DNA of 41,024 nucleotides. Source: a virus. Lineage: Duplodnaviria; Caudoviricetes. The position numbers and the translations under genes were made by a program. The DNA lies in the IMG/VR virus record IMGVR_UViG_3300042510_000134, positions 1-41,024 of that record; one strand, written 5' to 3'. Of the stretch, positions 1-5,870 are shown piece after piece; position 1 is the first letter of the stretch; every line of letters begins with the position of its first letter. The notes under the pieces are model-generated. The model saw only the letters and a list, made by a program, of their open reading frames with translations, ran no database searches and was not told the DNA's origin.

Positions 1-501
1 GCCAGACACCAAGTATTCTAGAGTGTCGATGGTATATCTACTTAGGTCAATCATCTCTCCTGTCCCAGAGTCTCTGGACATCCAGTAGTTTCCTTGATTG
101 ACGGTTACGCCAAGCATCATCTCTAGACCAACTTTATAAAAGCCAAGTTGTAGGTCAGATGTTGGTCTACGCGCTGATGTCTTAAGGTCAACAATGACTA
201 ACTCACCATTAACCTCAAAGACACGGTCAATCACCATCTTCACAGGCACGTCTGCGATGACAGGATTGAGTTCTATTTCGATTGCTTTAGCCCCTTGAGG
301 GGTTTTCCAAATCTTCCAATTCGTATTGCTCTTACGCCAAGATATGTAGTTATCGACCCACTGTGGGCCCTTCTCATTCCACCAGTTAGCATCTTCCTTA
401 TTCGGGTTAGCAATGGTTGCTCGTCCAGCAACTCTAGCCTTAGTAAAATCAAGGTCTTTGGTCTCATCACTCCAGGCTTTAGCCCATAACGCATTAGTCA
501 T
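1..501 (-). CDS. PD-(D/E)XK (Cas4/RecB-like) exonuclease, C-terminal catalytic part; runs off the window start
   Basis: Manual translation from ATG at 501: MTNALWAKAWSDE...AIEIELNPVIADVPVKMVIDRVFEVNGELVIVDLKTSARRPTSDLQLGFY. It has the E...IDR...DxKT...QLxxY motifs of RecB-family nucleases. Not in the ORF track because it is truncated. Confidence 0.8.
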   Translation of the reverse strand, partial: MTNALWAKAWSDETKDLDFTKARVAGRATIANPNKEDANWWNEKGPQWVDNYISWRKSNTNWKIWKTPQGAKAIEIELNPVIADVPVKMVIDRVFEVNGELVIVDLKTSARRPTSDLQLGFYKVGLEMMLGVTVNQGNYWMSRDSGTGEMIDLSRYTIDTLEYLVSG

Positions 502-682
502 TTGCTAGGTCCCATTCCTCAGTTGCTGCGTGGAATGCTCTACCGCCAGCAGACCAGATGCTTGGTTCTTCGGGTAGTTTTAATAGTCGACCTAGATAAT
601 ACTGATACCCACAGGTCAGGTAGGTAGTGAATGCCGAGTATGATACGTGGGCTGGCAGTTCATAGCCCTGTAATTGAATCAT
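494..682 (-). CDS. N-terminal part of the Cas4/RecB-like exonuclease, as a separate 62 aa ORF
   Basis: HVSYSAFTTYLTCGYQYYL...GRAFHAATE matches the S-x-S...C...Y...G..FH N-terminal signature of phage PD-(D/E)XK exonucleases. SD AGGAG upstream. Confidence 0.75.
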   Translation of the reverse strand: MIQLQGYELPAHVSYSAFTTYLTCGYQYYLGRLLKLPEEPSIWSAGGRAFHAATEEWDLAND

Positions 683-687
683 TTACT

Positions 688-756
688 TCTCCTGTCGTTA
701 GATATCCTAGCCCTAAGCGGAGGACAGGAGAGTACTCAACACTTGGGCTAGGAATA
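688..756 (-). promoter_or_regulatory. Predicted SD-sequestering pseudoknot leader (copy A)
   Basis: Stem 742-756 pairs with 703-717. Loop UCUCCUGUC (731-723) is the exact complement of GACAGGAGA (696-688), which contains the SD. Confidence 0.6.
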
Positions 757-763
757 TTTAGTT

Positions 764-842
764 GTATATATTATAATATATTATATATATAATAAGGGGC
801 TTCGCCCCTATATATATTATCTATTATAGATAAATTATACAC
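764..842. other. AT-rich palindromic element, candidate origin or promoter region
   Basis: Near-pure TA repeats flank a GGGGC-TTC-GCCCC hairpin; TTATCTAT-T-ATAGATAA palindrome; TATAAT on the minus strand at 834-839. Confidence 0.4.
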
Positions 843-878
843 ACGATGTCAAAGTTTTTACCAAACCGACACGCCGAC

Positions 879-929
879 AAAAAGAAAAAGAACCCCCTTC
901 CCAAGGTGATTACCTTAGGTTGGGGGTCT
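879..929 (-). terminator. Intrinsic terminator after holin (copy 1)
   Basis: Minus strand GACCCCC..CCTAAGGT-AATC-ACCTTGG..GGGGGTT followed by CTTTTTCTTTTT. Confidence 0.75.
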
Positions 930-965
930 TATGGTCTTAAATCGCCTTATAGGGCGTTTAAAGGA

Positions 966-1151
966 CTACTCTGCGTTTCTGCCGAACTCTTTTGCAGATG
1001 GGTCGAGCCACTTAAGAACTGGTCCGAGGAACCCTGCGAGGGCTGCTGCTCCGAGGGTCTTAAAGTTGGTCTCGCCTGCGAGGTAGAGTGCAATAGCAGC
1101 AGATGCTGCAGCACGGAACCAGGTCAGCGATACTTGCTTTAGTGTTTCCAT
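966..1151 (-). CDS. Holin (allele 1)
   Basis: 61 aa with two hydrophobic helices and a charged C-terminus, directly downstream of the endolysin. Confidence 0.7.
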   Translation of the reverse strand: METLKQVSLTWFRAAASAAIALYLAGETNFKTLGAAALAGFLGPVLKWLDPSAKEFGRNAE

Positions 1152-1676
1152 TTAGATTGCCTTTCGTTTTGTATTGTGAACCTTACAGCAGGTGCATACT
1201 GGTACCATTGTGGTACCTTTTGCTACCTTCTTCTTGGGTTGAGGCTGAAGTCCAGCCACAATCTGATTCACAATCTTTGGTTGATTCATCCACCAAAACC
1301 AGGGACTAGTGTCACTGCGGTGAGTATCATTAATAGAAATATGTAGATGCTTAACGTGAGGATTACTACCTGCATACTTCCTATTGCCTTCTTTGCGTCT
1401 GGCTCTTGACCAAATTTTTTTATTGTATATGAGGTAATCCACTCGTTCATCTTCTTTAAGTTTCTCAAAAATGACAGCACAATCAATACCGCTCTCAGGG
1501 TCGTGGGTCAAATCTACTGCTAGCCCAGTATTGTGGTCCGAATTCGGGCTGGCTTTCCGATGCGCTAACGAAGGTAACAATCCGTCTGACAGTTTCTTGC
1601 GCTTCGGATACAACGCTGTCGCTTGACGGAGCACAGCAATAGCAGCAGGTGACGCTACTTTGGCTACAGTTTTCAT
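1152..1676 (-). CDS. Endolysin, M15-like zinc peptidase
   Basis: SDHNTGLAVD and HVKHLHIS fit the SxH..GxAxD / HxH zinc motifs; next to holin. Confidence 0.7.
   Translation of the reverse strand: MKTVAKVASPAAIAVLRQATALYPKRKKLSDGLLPSLAHRKASPNSDHNTGLAVDLTHDPESGIDCAVIFEKLKEDERVDYLIYNKKIWSRARRKEGNRKYAGSNPHVKHLHISINDTHRSDTSPWFWWMNQPKIVNQIVAGLQPQPKKKVAKGTTMVPVCTCCKVHNTKRKAI
1375..1473. repeat. 99 bp exact repeat of the window end (40926-41024)
   Basis: Direct base comparison; the two bases immediately to the left differ (ca vs tg). Confidence 0.9.
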
Positions 1677-1762
1677 CAGATGTCTTCTTCATCGTCTTCC
1701 CAGTCAGGAAGGATAGGTACTATTGGGTCAATCGGATTATCCCAAGGTCTATGTATGCTCAT
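1676..1762 (-). CDS. Small acidic hypothetical protein (28 aa)
   Basis: MSIHRPWDNPIDPIVPILPDWEDDEEDI; TGATG coupling to the endolysin start; AAGGA upstream. Confidence 0.45.
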   Translation of the reverse strand: MSIHRPWDNPIDPIVPILPDWEDDEEDI

Positions 1763-2402
1763 TAGTTTCCTTTGTTTCTATGTCGTAATGAAATGCATTT
1801 GTATCTTCGGTTACCCACTTCTTCTTATCTTCTACATCCCACTTGCGGTCATTGATTATCCTGTGGATAAGTGGGTCGCCATACTTAGTTGTATATGATG
1901 GCTCAAAGACAAAGGTTCTATTGTTAGGTTGGATAGCATAGTTGCCATCTTCACGTTCTATAACGTGCCCACACTTGTGCTCATCGGGTGTCTCTGAGTA
2001 GCCATCATCTAACCTATTAGAGTCAGGGTTATGCCAGTCAAGGGTAAAAAGATACTTGCCATTAATTTTATTTTTATTTCTATCTGTGTAATGCAGACTT
2101 AAATTAGTCAGGTTAGCAAACTTGGTGGCTGTTATGTATGGGCTAAAAGAGTTCCAAAGCACTAAATTATGTAGGTCTACCTCTGGCACGCCTGGTTTAT
2201 TACAGAAGGCATTGATGGGCATACGCCACCATAGACCACCATCTTCCATCATAAAGTGAAAGAGTGGGCTTCTGTTCTGCACAGAACTAACTCCAAATAT
2301 TACACAAGGAAAGTACAGGTCGTGACTATCCTTCTGGTTACGCAAGAAGTTACCACGTACAAAGCAATCTATCGGAGGAATATTTGCATTTAACTCTGGC
2401 AC
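1749..2402 (-). CDS. Conserved phage hypothetical protein
   Basis: 217 aa; LNANIPP...RMPINAF...EHKC.H...GNYAIQPNNR pattern familiar from aquatic phages; function unknown. Confidence 0.6.
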   Translation of the reverse strand: MPELNANIPPIDCFVRGNFLRNQKDSHDLYFPCVIFGVSSVQNRSPLFHFMMEDGGLWWRMPINAFCNKPGVPEVDLHNLVLWNSFSPYITATKFANLTNLSLHYTDRNKNKINGKYLFTLDWHNPDSNRLDDGYSETPDEHKCGHVIEREDGNYAIQPNNRTFVFEPSYTTKYGDPLIHRIINDRKWDVEDKKKWVTEDTNAFHYDIETKETNEHT

Positions 2403-2605
2403 TATTTCCTCAGTGCTTCTTTTACAAACTCGGTGAGTAAATCTATCTGCTTCTCTAACCCATCTACCTTATCCTTCAGGCTTGAGCCACCATTAGGGCG
2501 TAGTTCATATAGATAATGCTTGACCAACCAGCGCACAGCGCCAGCAAATCCAGCAATCAAAGTAAATACGGCTACGGCTAGGCCAGCCCATTCAGTAGGT
2601 GTCAT
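2402..2605 (-). CDS. Small membrane protein of the lysis region
   Basis: N-terminal TM helix followed by LRPNGGSSLKD, a motif typical of actinobacteriophage lysis-cassette membrane proteins. Confidence 0.6.
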   Translation of the reverse strand: MTPTEWAGLAVAVFTLIAGFAGAVRWLVKHYLYELRPNGGSSLKDKVDGLEKQIDLLTEFVKEALRK

Positions 2606-4560
2606 TACACAGTCCTTACGAGTATGTCAATCGTTCCGCCATAGCCAGAAAATCCTCTATCTGGTGGAGTCATCCGAGTGAAGGTGATTTGTTCTATTAC
2701 AACCTGACGGCTTTCGCCAGTCTGTAAGTCCTGCCAAGTTACAATGTCTCCATTTTCTTCAATGGATTCTAACTGTCCTATACGGTCATTAGCACGGCCT
2801 TCATAGCCAAGTGTTACATTGTACTTATCTGTTTCTACGTCATAACAGAAAACAGGAAACTTAATTACTCGCTGTCTAGGTGTAGCAATAGTAGCCTTTG
2901 CCTGATACCCCTTAAAGAGGGGACCTTTACTGCTGTCTGTTGCATCTCTAGTTAAAAGAAATCTATACGCTAAAAATTCTTGTGCTCCTGTTGGCTGGCT
3001 AGTAGCCACCTCTACTGCTGGAACTGATGAGTCGTAAGTGACTGCGTCATATATTGTGCCGTTTGCGTCTACTGTTTGTAAAGACATAGACCCAAAAGTA
3101 AATACACCACGGCCTACTAAACGCTTAAAGTTTTTAGGTTCTAACGTGTTGTATCTAATGAATCCTGTTTTTATAAAACCACTAGTTACTTTTTCTGTAT
3201 TTTTTTCTATCCAGATACCATCACCTGTTACAGCAAAAGCCACCCTATCGCTAGAGCCTAAAAAGGCTACAGTTGCAGCAGTAGATGTAGTGCTGGTAGC
3301 AACTAAATCTTTAGCAAACGGAAAGAGTAATGTCTCTAATTCTACAGATAAATCAATACGGTATAATCCTGCTTCAGTACCAACCAGTCCTGATACATAG
3401 GCAAATCTATCCCTGAATGCTATGCCTTTAAAGTCACCTTCAATAATTATAGGGCCATACTTAATGCTGCCATCATCTTGGATTGCTGCGACTCTAACAC
3501 CTTTGCTAGTGCAGATAACCATATAGGTACCAAGGTATACATCTATAGCATTGACTATCTCAGTAACAGGGAACTGCGCTATCTCAGTAGGCGTAGCCAA
3601 GTTAGGAAAACCTAAAGCAGTTGTCCCTGTAGTCAAACCAATCTTAAAGATAGAACTATTGCTACGGTTCTTGCCAGCATAGTAAATAGCATTAGGTCCT
3701 TCACAGATACTGGTCCATACCCAAGCGCTAGTAGGATGGGTAAAGGTAGCAGTAGGCAGGGCTGTAGTAGCGTGACTACCAGATGGACTTATATTAGGAT
3801 TAAGTTCATAGATAGCATTTGCTACACCAGCCATCAAACGCTGCTTAACAAATCTAACAACAACGCTGCTAGTACCAGTAGCATAGGTAGTATCATCATT
3901 TGTAGAGCCACCGATATTACCTACGTGTAAAGCAGTTGTACAAGCAGCAAAGTATCTAGTTCCGTCTGTTGTTATGCTAACAATAGGCTGGTTAGTGTGT
4001 GCTGCTACTAGGCTATATGTGCTAGTAGTAGGTGTATCTGCCGACATAGTAATTTTCTTAAGAGCAACACCATCAGTAAAAACAATACAGTCATTAGTTC
4101 CATCATTGGCACTCATAACTGAAGGTGTATTAGTAGTCGAATAGGTTTCTATTGTGTCATTAAGAAGGGTTACTTCACCTTCTGTCCAGACATCTACCCC
4201 TTGGCTATCTGCAAAGCGAGATGTGCCTTCACCAGGAATAAGTGCTGGGTCATAAAAAGTAATGCCAGCCCCCTCGTGAAAGGAAGACTGGCTTCTAATC
4301 CACCAACCAGTGAGCGTTTGCTCACCAGGTTCTGTCTGATTATCAAATTGTTCTTTCTTATATGGAGCAGTCTGGCGTACGTAAGGTTTAGCATCAGAGA
4401 TAGCATAGATGAATGGCATACCACCGATAGCAACATCATAGGCTATATCAGTATTCTGCCAGATAGCATCAGTAGCAACTACACCAACATCAACAGCGAT
4501 AGCATAACCAACGTCCGCGACATTAGAACCGCGACCTTCTGTAATATCACGACCAGCCAC
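2605..4560 (-). CDS. Virion structural protein, probable tail nozzle/stabilisation protein
   Basis: 651 aa, beta-rich, within the tail cluster of a genome that lacks a tape measure gene. Confidence 0.5.
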   Translation of the reverse strand: MAGRDITEGRGSNVADVGYAIAVDVGVVATDAIWQNTDIAYDVAIGGMPFIYAISDAKPYVRQTAPYKKEQFDNQTEPGEQTLTGWWIRSQSSFHEGAGITFYDPALIPGEGTSRFADSQGVDVWTEGEVTLLNDTIETYSTTNTPSVMSANDGTNDCIVFTDGVALKKITMSADTPTTSTYSLVAAHTNQPIVSITTDGTRYFAACTTALHVGNIGGSTNDDTTYATGTSSVVVRFVKQRLMAGVANAIYELNPNISPSGSHATTALPTATFTHPTSAWVWTSICEGPNAIYYAGKNRSNSSIFKIGLTTGTTALGFPNLATPTEIAQFPVTEIVNAIDVYLGTYMVICTSKGVRVAAIQDDGSIKYGPIIIEGDFKGIAFRDRFAYVSGLVGTEAGLYRIDLSVELETLLFPFAKDLVATSTTSTAATVAFLGSSDRVAFAVTGDGIWIEKNTEKVTSGFIKTGFIRYNTLEPKNFKRLVGRGVFTFGSMSLQTVDANGTIYDAVTYDSSVPAVEVATSQPTGAQEFLAYRFLLTRDATDSSKGPLFKGYQAKATIATPRQRVIKFPVFCYDVETDKYNVTLGYEGRANDRIGQLESIEENGDIVTWQDLQTGESRQVVIEQITFTRMTPPDRGFSGYGGTIDILVRTV

Positions 4561-5292
4561 TTATTCTCCTTGTTGCTCTTGTTCTATAAGTTTTGTCTTT
4601 AAATGTTCGTTAGCCCAATACAATGCATAATAGTCATAGTCAACGCTAAAGCGTTTCATATGCTTTACCAGTGCTCCAGTATGGGCGTGTAGTGGTACAC
4701 CTGCTGCCTTCATACGGCGGAAGAAGATAATATCTTCGCCGACAAAATGCTCATCTTTACCGTCACCAGTCTCCATAAACATACCCTTACCAGGGTGTGC
4801 TTCACGCAGTTTAGGAATAATAGACTTGTGCATTAGGACAAAGCCAAACCCTGCACAGTCAACCTTGATAACTTGGTTATCAGGTAATGGGTGGTGATAG
4901 CGGACTTGAAACTCATCTACATCATCAAACAAGACTGGGAACGGGCGCATAAGACTGCCCTCGTTCTCCTTAGATATGAAGTAAACACCACTAACTACAG
5001 GGCGGTTAACCTTATCGGCTGTCTGCCAGAGTTTATGGATAGCCTCAAGACTTAGTACTATGTCTGAGTCTACCCATAGTATCCAGTCTGTCTTTAGTTT
5101 ATCTGCCCAGTAATCAAAGAGTATTTGGCGTTGTCTGCCTATCTGATTACCCTGCACACGTATGCTAGTAGTAAAGCGCATACCATTGTTAGGACCAGCA
5201 ATTACTGCTGTCATTAACCCTTCAGTAAACTTACCATCGGTGGTGCCATTGTCGCACCAACCGATAGCCACTGTCTCTTGCTTTTGTATCAT
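4561..5292 (-). CDS. GT-A fold (family 2-like) glycosyltransferase
   Basis: WILWVDSDI (DxD), VDCAGFGFVLMHK, GEDIIF motifs. Confidence 0.8.
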   Translation of the reverse strand: MIQKQETVAIGWCDNGTTDGKFTEGLMTAVIAGPNNGMRFTTSIRVQGNQIGRQRQILFDYWADKLKTDWILWVDSDIVLSLEAIHKLWQTADKVNRPVVSGVYFISKENEGSLMRPFPVLFDDVDEFQVRYHHPLPDNQVIKVDCAGFGFVLMHKSIIPKLREAHPGKGMFMETGDGKDEHFVGEDIIFFRRMKAAGVPLHAHTGALVKHMKRFSVDYDYYALYWANEHLKTKLIEQEQQGE

Positions 5293-5309
5293 ATTGTCCC
5301 CTCTATTTT

Positions 5310-5657
5310 TTAGACTAGTTCTATTTCATCCCAAGATAGTGTTTCTTCATTCCAAGAATAATGCTTGCCTTCTTCAACTGGCATTGGAGTTGGAGCGTTC
5401 CATAGATAAGTTGCCTCATCTTTTGTCCAAGAAGGATATGGCTGAGGAGCAAAGAAGCCTGTTCCATCCCAGTTGTATCCAATACCAGCATAGTTCTTAT
5501 GTAAGGCAGTTCCACCATCACGGGAATTGACTCCACCGTGTGTGTTATAGGAGGTCTGTATCCACTCGCCACCTAGATTTGCCTGACACCACTCTTTAGA
5601 ATCGGCAACAATAACTTGTGTTACGACTCCGTTTTCAACCTTTGCATAATGAGCCAT
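5310..5657 (-). CDS. Conserved protein accompanying glycine-rich fibres (possible assembly chaperone)
   Basis: MAHYAKV..W.QTSYN..KNYAGIGY..F..PQPYPSW..W.AP.PMP..W.E....W pattern, commonly found after glycine-rich phage genes. Confidence 0.55.
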   Translation of the reverse strand: MAHYAKVENGVVTQVIVADSKEWCQANLGGEWIQTSYNTHGGVNSRDGGTALHKNYAGIGYNWDGTGFFAPQPYPSWTKDEATYLWNAPTPMPVEEGKHYSWNEETLSWDEIELV

Positions 5658-5659
5658 TA

Positions 5660-5857
5660 TTATTCCTTTTCTTCTCCGTAGAGAACTGCTGAGTTTAGTA
5701 GTTTGACATCACGCTTTGTGACGATTCCGCCCTTTTCATCAAGTTGATTCTTGGCAGTAGTTTCATCGTCAGCAATGATGTGAACTAACATTGTTACTTC
5801 ATAACTAAAGCATTGTGTTTTCTTTGTATCTTTTATTTTACTTACATTGTCTTTCAT
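5660..5857 (-). CDS. Hypothetical protein (65 aa)
   Basis: ORF; ATG at 5857 preceded by GAGAGGGACAAT. Confidence 0.55.
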   Translation of the reverse strand: MKDNVSKIKDTKKTQCFSYEVTMLVHIIADDETTAKNQLDEKGGIVTKRDVKLLNSAVLYGEEKE

Positions 5858-5870
5858 ATTGTCCCTCTCG

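Noticed and set aside
1-682. Cas4-like gene as evidence of a CRISPR system
   Set aside because: No repeat-spacer array or other cas genes; stand-alone Cas4/RecB-like nucleases are common in phages.
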